Shown here: positions 29,888 to 37,260 of the stretch, piece by piece | How positions within the stretch are numbered: position 1 is the first letter of the stretch | Layout of the letters: every line of letters starts with the position of its first letter | Source: an uncultured virus (IMG/VR IMGVR_UViG_3300025314_001151) | Taxonomy: Duplodnaviria; Heunggongvirae; Uroviricota; Caudoviricetes | Direction: 5' to 3' (one strand) | Virus record (IMG/VR): IMGVR_UViG_3300025314_001151 | Length of the DNA: 64,000 nucleotides | The notes under the pieces: generated by a model | Told to the model about the DNA's origin: nothing | What the model saw: only the letters and a program-made list of their open reading frames with translations | The model's database searches: none | Position numbers and translations under genes: made by a program

Positions 29888-30172
29888 TTATCTATGTTGA
29901 CATTTGCATTTTTGGTCGAATTGATGTATCAATTGTTCTACATTATTTTTCATTATTACCATTGTATCTTCATCTATTCGTTTCTCATAAAATGCTGCCT
30001 CAATGTTTCCGACTGCGCCTGCAGATCGACCTGCCATACCAGTGGCATTGCATGTGTCTATTTCTATGTGTAATTTATCAATAAACCATTTAGCATCTTC
30101 TAATGGGTTCCAATCTCCATGTTTTCCGTAAGGATGTTCGACTTTTCTATAACCTGATTGCATTCTAACCAT
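29888..30172 (-). CDS. C[DN]x...CxC family protein
   Basis: IDTCNA...FDQKCKC. Confidence 0.65.
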   Translation of the reverse strand: MVRMQSGYRKVEHPYGKHGDWNPLEDAKWFIDKLHIEIDTCNATGMAGRSAGAVGNIEAAFYEKRIDEDTMVIMKNNVEQLIHQFDQKCKCQHR

Positions 30173-30230
30173 AATAAATTCCTTATTTTATTTTTTGTCG
30201 CAAACTGGTTGGTTTTCTGTATGTATAGAT

Positions 30231-30407
30231 CTAATATTTTTCTAATTCTTTTTCTATGGATTTCAATTTGCGTCCCACTTCAGAATCCGCCCTGATCTCA
30301 TCTTCCAATTCTTGTATTGTGAATTTAGTATGACCAGCCATAATAACGGTCTTTTTCTCGTCGTCCCTCGATAATTTCTCAAATTTATATTCTGACATAT
30401 GGATCAT
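30231..30407 (-). CDS. 58-aa protein, tandem paralog of 30426..30620 (missed by the ORF track)
   Basis: MIHMSEYKFEKLSRDDEKKTVIMAGHTKFTIQELEDEIRADSEVGRKLKSIEKELEKY aligns with its neighbour. Confidence 0.7.
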   Translation of the reverse strand: MIHMSEYKFEKLSRDDEKKTVIMAGHTKFTIQELEDEIRADSEVGRKLKSIEKELEKY

Positions 30408-30425
30408 CCCATTGTTTATATATAT

Positions 30426-30620
30426 CTATAATTTCTTCTCTACTGATCTTAACTTGCGACCAAATTCGCTGTTTTTTCTAATCTCTTTTTCTAATTGACC
30501 AACTGTAAATTGATCGTTACCGGCAATTATCCTTGTATTACTCTCTTTATCTCTTGATAATTTTTCAAATTTTTGATTTGACATATGATAAATCTCCTTA
30601 CTTTGTCTCATTTTAGACAT
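30426..30620 (-). CDS. Small hypothetical protein
   Basis: KFEKLSRD...FTVGQLEKEIRKNSEFGRKL; paralog adjacent. Confidence 0.7.
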   Translation of the reverse strand: MSKMRQSKEIYHMSNQKFEKLSRDKESNTRIIAGNDQFTVGQLEKEIRKNSEFGRKLRSVEKKL

Positions 30621-30723
30621 TCAAATATTACTATTATCAATTTTCCTAATTATTTCATAATTAGCAATGATTCCTGACTATGAATATGACTGTACATAAA
30701 TCTATGACAATCTATCAAAATTT

Positions 30724-30887
30724 TTTCCTACAGACTCATTATATACTCGGCAGAAAGTTATAACAAGTCTGTAGGAAGAGGTTTCTTGTGGCTTACATGG
30801 CGTTTCAGTTACCATTTTTCTATCTACCAAACGCCCTTGGTAGATAGTTATTCAGGCGGTTTTGCAGAAAGTTTTTTTGATCACAAG
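30724..30887. ncRNA. Candidate structured ncRNA (three hairpins, possible kissing loop)
   Basis: CTATCTACCAA/TTGGTAGATAG and TTCCTACAGACT/AGTCTGTAGGAA stems; GGCGTTT/AAACGCC complementarity. Confidence 0.4.
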
Positions 30888-31487
30888 TCAATTACAATAT
30901 CTTTCAAGAAAAGATTTTAAATGATAATTTTCTTCATTAGAATGAAGTCTCTTAGACCATATACCAAAGAATTTTTTCCTATATTCTTTTTTGATCTTTG
31001 AGCGATGTTCTTTATTGTGAATATTGCTACTATCTATAACATGCCATTTCTTACCGTCAAAAACTAAATTTTCACAACTTAGGTTCTGAATATAATGTCT
31101 TGAATGTATGAGAATCTTTAGAAATTTTCCTAATGCTCTTGTAGATCTGTTTTTTGTATTAGAAAAGAAATTGTGGTCATCTTTTAATATCTCGGTTAAT
31201 GTCTTTCCTTTGATATATGTCTTTAAAAGTGATCTTTTATCAGAATGCCAACATACTTTGACCTTGCTGACACCAAATTTTCTCCAACATTTTGATCTTT
31301 TGATCTCTTTTCGAAGCGCTTTATGATGAATGGGATTGTCAGATGCAGGCCTTTTCCATATTAGCATTTTGCCATCATGTTCTCTTTTAACAACAGAAAC
31401 CTTTGCGTGCATTCCATGACCACAGTCTTCATGGATGACCTTAAAATTTCCGTTCTTATGACGACAATTATTCATAATTTTGAACAA
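30888..31487 (-). CDS. Protein-kinase-like fold protein, catalytic Asp replaced by Asn
   Basis: CGHG loop, IWK, YIQNLSCENL, VIDS. Confidence 0.6.
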   Translation of the reverse strand: MFKIMNNCRHKNGNFKVIHEDCGHGMHAKVSVVKREHDGKMLIWKRPASDNPIHHKALRKEIKRSKCWRKFGVSKVKVCWHSDKRSLLKTYIKGKTLTEILKDDHNFFSNTKNRSTRALGKFLKILIHSRHYIQNLSCENLVFDGKKWHVIDSSNIHNKEHRSKIKKEYRKKFFGIWSKRLHSNEENYHLKSFLERYCN

Positions 31488-31539
31488 TATAATGATTGTT
31501 ATATAGTTTCTTATCTATAAAATATTATTATCTATATTA

Positions 31540-32118
31540 TTATCTACAGTATTCTTTAAGAAATGATTTAAGATATCTAGTTCCTTCTCTCGAACGAATT
31601 CCTCTGGACCACTTTTCATATAAATTTTTCTTATATTCCTTTCTAACAGAACGACGAGTATTTTTCCTATCAGCAGGGCCGCTATCTATAACTTGCCATT
31701 TATCTCCATCGTATATTAGATTTGCTCCTTTTAGATCATGAATGTAATATTTTGAATCGATAAGAAGTTTGACAAAATCTATTAAAGCATTTCTAGCACC
31801 ATTTTCTTTTTCTGAAAATAATTTAGGATTCTTTTTTAGCATTTGTTTCAATGTGGGACCTTTTATATAAGTCTTAAGAAGAGATTTATTATCAGGATGC
31901 CAACAAACTTTGACTGAAGTAATGCCCAATTTTCTCCATAGCTTAATTTTTTCAATTTCTTTTTGATATTTTTGGCGTTTGAATTTGCTGGTAGGTCTTT
32001 TCCAGACAAGTAATTTTCCATCTGATTTTCTTTTGACTATAGATATCTTCCCACTTCCTCCATGACCACAATTTTTTTGTATTATCTTGAAGCGTTCTTT
32101 TCTATTGTGATGACTCAT
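31540..32118 (-). CDS. Protein-kinase-like fold protein
   Basis: CGHGGSG, VWK, YIHDLKGANL, VIDSG. Confidence 0.7.
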   Translation of the reverse strand: MSHHNRKERFKIIQKNCGHGGSGKISIVKRKSDGKLLVWKRPTSKFKRQKYQKEIEKIKLWRKLGITSVKVCWHPDNKSLLKTYIKGPTLKQMLKKNPKLFSEKENGARNALIDFVKLLIDSKYYIHDLKGANLIYDGDKWQVIDSGPADRKNTRRSVRKEYKKNLYEKWSRGIRSREGTRYLKSFLKEYCR

Positions 32119-32137
32119 ACATAATTAGACAATATAA

Positions 32138-32731
32138 TTAATGACAATATTTTTCAAGAAATGACCCAAAAGAATATAGTTCATCATTTGAATGAAGAGA
32201 TTTAGACCAACTTCTGACGAATGCTTGTTTATATTTTTGTCGAACCACAGAATATGCAGCTTTCGGTTGAATGCCACTACTGTCTATAATATGCCATTTC
32301 TCTCCATCAAAAACTAAATTTTGGCGATTTACATCTTGAATATAATGTCTCGAATCTATGAGAAGTTTAATAAACTCTCCCAAAGCCTTTACAGGTTTAC
32401 TATCTGATTTAGAAAAACGTAGATTACCGTTTCTCAACATTTGTTTTAAAGTGGGACCTTTTATATAGGTCTTAATAAGAGATTTATTATCAGGATGCCA
32501 ACAAGCTCTGACTTTACTGACACCAAACTTTCTCCAAAGTTTTGATTTTTTTATCTCTTGTTGAAAAGATGTTTGATGTCTATGATTATGAGATCTAGGT
32601 CTTTTCCATATAAGTAATTTACCATCTGATTTTCTTTTTACTACAGATATTCTTCCATGAACACCCCTTGCACAATCTTTATAAACAATCCTAAAGCGGT
32701 GTTTGTAACGATGTCTTCTTTTCTTGCTCAT
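32138..32731 (-). CDS. Protein-kinase-like fold protein
   Basis: CARGVHG, IWK, YIQDVNRQNL, IIDSS. Confidence 0.65.
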   Translation of the reverse strand: MSKKRRHRYKHRFRIVYKDCARGVHGRISVVKRKSDGKLLIWKRPRSHNHRHQTSFQQEIKKSKLWRKFGVSKVRACWHPDNKSLIKTYIKGPTLKQMLRNGNLRFSKSDSKPVKALGEFIKLLIDSRHYIQDVNRQNLVFDGEKWHIIDSSGIQPKAAYSVVRQKYKQAFVRSWSKSLHSNDELYSFGSFLEKYCH

Positions 32732-32833
32732 ATTATTGTCCCAATATATATAATGAGAAAAAAATTAGAAAAAATAAAGAAGAAGAGAAAAGAAAAAAAA
32801 TTTAAATTTATTTTAAATGTCTAATATCTTCTT

Positions 32834-34027
32834 TTATTGTTCTTTTAGTGTAATTGTTCCTCCTGTCAGTATTATTGTTCTACCACCGTTTCTTTCTAAA
32901 GTTCCACTTACTATGGTATATGTTTTTTGCGTAGGCGGTGGAGGAGTTGATGTCACAGTTATTGTACTGGTACCAGTCTTTACTCCTCCGCTTCCAGTTC
33001 CAGAAGAAGTTATATTTGCAGTTCCCACTGCTATTCCAGTTACTAATCCAGATGCATTAACTGTTACAATAGCTGAATTTGAAGTATTCCATGTCAGAGC
33101 TGGACATGTCATTGTATTATTGGTTTGATCTTTACATACTGCTACCAATTGTTTCGTAGCTCCTATACCAATAGTTGCATTGTCAATTGTAATTGTTGTC
33201 AGGACAGGAGTTGGTGTAGGTCCAGGATCTTTTCCTTTCCAATTATTCCACGCTGTCCATTCTGTTGATGACATTGGTCTACCAGGTGGCAATCCGTTAG
33301 AATCATAATTCCAAATTGCGTAACCTGCTAATGCTGGATATGTTTTTGCATTATTAGCATTGTCTATCCAGTTAAATAATTGAGGTAGCGATGGTTGATC
33401 AATTCTTATACCAACAATTGTAGGCGATCTGGCATATGACATATCTCTATCATAGACACTTCTAAATGCTGATTCACTACTCCAACCTCCATTATAAAAC
33501 ATTGGAACTATATAATCAATGTTTGTTTGTCCATATAGTGTTTGATCATTTTGATTTCCAACTGATAGGCACACTGAGCATATCTTTCCTATGCTCTTGA
33601 GAGCTGCACCAAGTTCATTATAATATGCAACTCTATTTTGTACCATTGTCGAAGTTTCACCGCCTGCTCCCAATTCAATATCATCATTTAATCCATCTAA
33701 TTGATTTCCTGGTGATGTTGAAAAATAGTTTTTTACAGAATTTACCATCTGTGTTCTTAATGCTGGAGTGGTTATGTTTGGTTGACTGCCCATTATTGTT
33801 CTGGCTAAGACTTTTTGGTCAGGATAATTTCCATTTCTTAGAACTGATATTATATTATTCACTGTCGTAGATGACGCACCTACAAAATTATTTCCATTCC
33901 AGCGTAATATCGCTGGCATAAAGAATTTTATTTTGCCTACTTTCAATCTATCTAAAACGCTGACTAATCCATTTCCAGAATACAAATTTGAGTTGTCTAC
34001 CCAAATTGCATTTGCACTTATACTCAT
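32834..34027 (-). CDS. GH18-like TIM-barrel glycoside hydrolase with C-terminal Big_2 domain
   Basis: LDGLNDDIE (DxxDxDxE-like), DYIVPMFY; TWNTSNSAIVTVNASGLVTG. Confidence 0.6.
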   Translation of the reverse strand: MSISANAIWVDNSNLYSGNGLVSVLDRLKVGKIKFFMPAILRWNGNNFVGASSTTVNNIISVLRNGNYPDQKVLARTIMGSQPNITTPALRTQMVNSVKNYFSTSPGNQLDGLNDDIELGAGGETSTMVQNRVAYYNELGAALKSIGKICSVCLSVGNQNDQTLYGQTNIDYIVPMFYNGGWSSESAFRSVYDRDMSYARSPTIVGIRIDQPSLPQLFNWIDNANNAKTYPALAGYAIWNYDSNGLPPGRPMSSTEWTAWNNWKGKDPGPTPTPVLTTITIDNATIGIGATKQLVAVCKDQTNNTMTCPALTWNTSNSAIVTVNASGLVTGIAVGTANITSSGTGSGGVKTGTSTITVTSTPPPPTQKTYTIVSGTLERNGGRTIILTGGTITLKEQ

Positions 34028-34188
34028 ATTTTATACCTCCAATTTTTAATATTTTTCATTTGTCTTCTATGTTTTTGTATTTATATTGCTATAAAAATCG
34101 TTAATTATACCCAGATTTCTTATTTTCTTATTTTCTTAATCCTATTTCTAATGGAATTTTTGTAACGATTTTTATAATCGGAAAATTT

Positions 34189-34932
34189 TCAGTCTCTGAT
34201 TGTCCATAAATCATCAGATAGATTTCTATCTGCAAGATAATCATATGGCATTGTAAAATGGCCTTTCATTCCCCAATTTTGTCCCCATGAATTACGGACA
34301 ATGAATCTTTTATGAGAGTCATCATAACCGACACATAGCACAGCATGACCTCCTAACTGTTGTTCACTTTTCTGGGGCATATTTACCACTCCGGTCTGTG
34401 CAACTTCCTGGGAATCAAATGATTCATATACACTGAATCCAAATGCAAACGGATATCCTTCTGCAAGACACGCTCTCATTTCATCCACTGTCAAAATTCG
34501 ATGGTATGATTTAATCTTATTTACTAAAGCTTCTTTGTAACACGATGATGGTGGTTTCACTGTGAACTTTGAGATGTCATAAGGCCATGACTTTTCTGAA
34601 CATATACCTTGTTTTTTGAGTGATTTTATTCCATCTCGAATTTGAGCACCAGAATCATATCCAACTGTTTTTTCGATAACTCTCTCACAATAATATAAAA
34701 AGAGTCTGCTCAAATCCTTGAAATGGACATTTTCTTTTATTTCTAAAAATTCTAATGCTCCAACCAATGCTTGAGCAGTACAGCTTCCAATATCTCCTTG
34801 ATCTTCTACAGGAGAACATTTGGATCTTAGATCTATCATAGGAGGTAATACAGCAGGTACTTTGCGAATTGCACTGAACATAAAGTCCCTATGATCTGGG
34901 AAGTCAGGAATCCATCCCATTTTGTGATTCAT
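34189..34932 (-). CDS. Papain-family (C1) cysteine protease
   Basis: QGDIGSCTA, GGHAV, RNSWG catalytic motifs. Confidence 0.92.
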   Translation of the reverse strand: MNHKMGWIPDFPDHRDFMFSAIRKVPAVLPPMIDLRSKCSPVEDQGDIGSCTAQALVGALEFLEIKENVHFKDLSRLFLYYCERVIEKTVGYDSGAQIRDGIKSLKKQGICSEKSWPYDISKFTVKPPSSCYKEALVNKIKSYHRILTVDEMRACLAEGYPFAFGFSVYESFDSQEVAQTGVVNMPQKSEQQLGGHAVLCVGYDDSHKRFIVRNSWGQNWGMKGHFTMPYDYLADRNLSDDLWTIRD

Positions 34933-34948
34933 TTGTTCACCTGATTAA

Positions 34949-35096
34949 TTATCTACATCTATGTTTGTGAAGTCTGCAACTTGGAGTATATAATTGAGGA
35001 TTGCGTTTATGACCAATTCTTACGTATTGAACCAGTTGTCCTTTGAACATTACTGGTATTCCATCTTTTTCTTACTATTTCTCTATCGCAACTCAT
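34949..35096 (-). pseudogene. Small peptide gene with one extra A in an A-run (MSCDREIVRK/DGIPVMFKGQLVQY...)
   Basis: Hand translation; GAGGT RBS; could also be a homopolymer sequencing error. Confidence 0.4.
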
Positions 35097-35103
35097 GTTG
35101 GGA

Positions 35104-35205
35104 TTACCTCTTATTTCTAAATGCTCTTAATTGACCACAGAATTCTATTATTGGTTGACGAAATATTATTTTGTTCTTTTTAATAATAGGAGAACGACAT
35201 CTCAT
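35104..35205 (-). CDS. 33-aa micropeptide MRCRSPIIKKNKIIFRQPIIEFCGQLRAFRNKR
   Basis: GGTGA RBS; motif shared with two upstream peptides. Confidence 0.55.
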   Translation of the reverse strand: MRCRSPIIKKNKIIFRQPIIEFCGQLRAFRNKR

Positions 35206-35284
35206 ATTTATCACCTTTCTTAAAATAGCGTAAAATAGAAAGATAATTGAATCTTTCTATGTTAAAATCTTTCTATGTTAAAAT

Positions 35285-35410
35285 CTAGTCTTCTCTATTT
35301 GCAACAGGAAATGCTTTTATTTGATCACAAAATGCTACTTTCTCTGTAGGAAATATTCTCTTGTCCTGGTTTTCATCTGTAAGTTTCGCTTTACATTTTA
35401 CATGTGACAT
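35285..35410 (-). CDS. 41-aa micropeptide MSHVKCKAKLTDENQDKRIFPTEKVAFCDQIKAFPVANRED
   Basis: GGTGA RBS; paralog with synonymous substitutions. Confidence 0.7.
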   Translation of the reverse strand: MSHVKCKAKLTDENQDKRIFPTEKVAFCDQIKAFPVANRED

Positions 35411-35416
35411 ATATTT

Positions 35417-35539
35417 TCACCTTCTTTGTCCAATTGGGAATGCTTTTATTTGTTCACAGAAAATTATCTTCTCTGTAGGAAATATTCTCTTATCTTGGTT
35501 TTCGTCTGTTGGATGATATTTACAACGTTTATGACTCAT
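35417..35539 (-). CDS. 40-aa micropeptide MSHKRCKYHPTDENQDKRIFPTEKIIFCEQIKAFPIGQRR
   Basis: AGGAGGTGA RBS; paralog adjacent. Confidence 0.7.
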   Translation of the reverse strand: MSHKRCKYHPTDENQDKRIFPTEKIIFCEQIKAFPIGQRR

Positions 35540-35580
35540 GGTTGTCACCTCCTTGATAGATTTAATTATAAAAGTAATTT

Positions 35581-36303
35581 TCATGAAATTTTTTCATTCT
35601 TTATACAATTGTCAGTTTCCGGTTCTTTTATTTTGTCTATGTCATTTTTTATTATTGGGCAATCTTCTATTCTTAAATTATGATATGCATTTCTTACTTT
35701 GTCTAATAGTACATCATCTTTATAAGTTTTGTATTTATCACCAAATTTAGGATCTTTATATATAGTCATTCCTCTAGCGAATGGTACATCATTTGCTGGA
35801 ATTACATATAATCTTTCTATATTAGTATAATTTTTAGACATGCATACAGCAAACAAGAAATCATAATAACTTTCGATATTTAGGCCAATATGCCATACAT
35901 CATATTTATATTCTTTTCCATTCCATGATGCTTTTCTTATAGATGGTTCGACAGATCTAGATTGTATCTCTTTATATTTTATAGTATCATATAGATCAAA
36001 AACTGAATTGAAATTATCAAGCTCAATATTACAATTTTTAATTTCTAATGCCTTTGCTATGGCTTGTTCGACTCTAAAGCCTTTCCCAAAATTGCAATTT
36101 TTGTCTATATTCTTATTTCTACATTTTTTCATTAATTTATGATGACAGGAATCACAATAATAATTCTTTCCGTCCCAGATTTTCTGTCCATTTATTATAA
36201 TCTTTCTTCTTCTCCAAGCTGCTACGCCAGTTTTATCACTCACAAATGTATGTATACTGCCACATCTGAAACATTTTCTATCTATATCTACTAATTTTGT
36301 CAT
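35581..36303 (-). CDS. Zn-finger + PD-(D/E)xK-like putative free-standing endonuclease
   Basis: CFRC...CDSC; GFRVE...FDLYD...EIQSR...IERLYVIP; same family as 27156, 41863, 52100, 59017. Confidence 0.6.
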   Translation of the reverse strand: MTKLVDIDRKCFRCGSIHTFVSDKTGVAAWRRRKIIINGQKIWDGKNYYCDSCHHKLMKKCRNKNIDKNCNFGKGFRVEQAIAKALEIKNCNIELDNFNSVFDLYDTIKYKEIQSRSVEPSIRKASWNGKEYKYDVWHIGLNIESYYDFLFAVCMSKNYTNIERLYVIPANDVPFARGMTIYKDPKFGDKYKTYKDDVLLDKVRNAYHNLRIEDCPIIKNDIDKIKEPETDNCIKNEKIS

Positions 36304-36405
36304 ATCTTTCTCCTGTCATATAGTCATAAATAGATACCGGTAAGAGCTTGCAATCTCTTACCAGTCGAACTTATATGACAGAGGCTTTTACGCCTCTCGC
36401 ACCTA
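36304..36405 (-). promoter_or_regulatory. Structured leader whose stem abuts/overlaps the RBS of 35581..36303
   Basis: AGAGGC/GCCTCT hairpin; CTGTCATATA/TATATGACAG stem running into GGAG; inner GGTAAGAG/CTCTTACC hairpin. Confidence 0.55.
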
Positions 36406-36598
36406 TACGATTCTAAGATATATATAGATGTGTTACTAGAATTGTTGCGATATTAATTACGATATTAATACGATGATTGTGATATTAATTATTCGATAGT
36501 AAATTTCTTTTTAAATATAAAACAAAGAAAGATTGCATATTTATGGCAAATTTCTTTCTTTATTTTAGATTTTTGGTTCTTGAGTAGTTAGAGTAGAA

Positions 36599-37249
36599 CT
36601 ATTCTTCTCTGGTCCATTTAGACAATCGAAAGGATTTTACCCTTCTCGATTTAAATCCAGGTCCAGAGCGAATTTGATGTGAGCTGCATCCACAGACGTC
36701 AACGGTAATTCTGTGTCGATCAATATGATCTTAAGATGCTGTTCGCCATTCAATTCCACACCCTGCTTTAGTCCGATAAGGGCTGTTACACCCAAAATCG
36801 ATGAACCGATACCACTCAAGATCCGTTTTCTGAGTTGCACCTGCGGTTCCTGTAAACTTTGTAAGGTTTACATCCGCATAGAACACACGAGCTAACTGCA
36901 CGATAGCTTCTGATGTTTTCTCTTTAGTTATTCTGATCTTAGAAAAGATCGGAACTTCTGCATCAGCGGTATCTGCGAGTCTTATTCTCAGCGCATGTGC
37001 ACTTCTTGCATCTGCACCTCTTGGGATCTGTTGTGTTCCCATGATACTGATCTTCTGACCTGCTGGGGCTCTGATATCAATTACTGTACCAGTTCCTCCA
37101 GCTGCCAATCCGAACAGTGTCACCAGGTTCGTATTTAACTCATCGAGAGTTATTTGTTCTCTAGTCCATCCACGGGATTCCAGATAGTCACAATATGCTG
37201 TGTAATCAGGTTTCTCTGCCAGTGGGGGAGCCTGTAATGATTCTACCAT
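36599..37249 (-). CDS. Putative capsid-like (single jelly-roll?) structural protein, 193 aa after splicing; exons 37249-36802, 36767-36653, 36617-36599
   Basis: GGAGG RBS, beta-strand-rich; exons total 582 nt and read ...EWYRF-K-QGVELNGEQHL...ALDLD-L-WTREE*; capsid identity is inference. Confidence 0.7.
36618..36652 (-). other. 35-nt bulge-helix-bulge-type mRNA intron 2
   Basis: GGAT-TT^A-AATCGA...TCGATT-GTCT-AA^A; exon stem CTCTGG/CCAGAG; removal gives TTA TGG ACC AGA GAA GAA TAG. Confidence 0.8.
36768..36801 (-). other. 34-nt bulge-helix-bulge-type mRNA intron 1
   Basis: GGTT-CA^T-CGAT...ATCG-GACT-AA^A; removal joins ORFs 36731..37249 and 36637..36840 in frame (TTC AAG CAG). Confidence 0.8.
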
Positions 37250-37260
37250 ATTATTTCCTC

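Noticed and set aside
30810..30860. Hammerhead ribozyme (CUGAAUA...GAAA around a stem)
   Set aside because: Core deviates from CUGANGA and stems I/III cannot be formed
36340..36405. tRNA gene (GTTCGA present)
   Set aside because: No cloverleaf, acceptor stem or anticodon arm
36685..36722. Third, in-frame intron in the capsid-like gene (CACAGA/TCTGTG hairpin)
   Set aside because: No 4-bp central helix with 3-nt bulges can be drawn, and the segment reads as plausible protein
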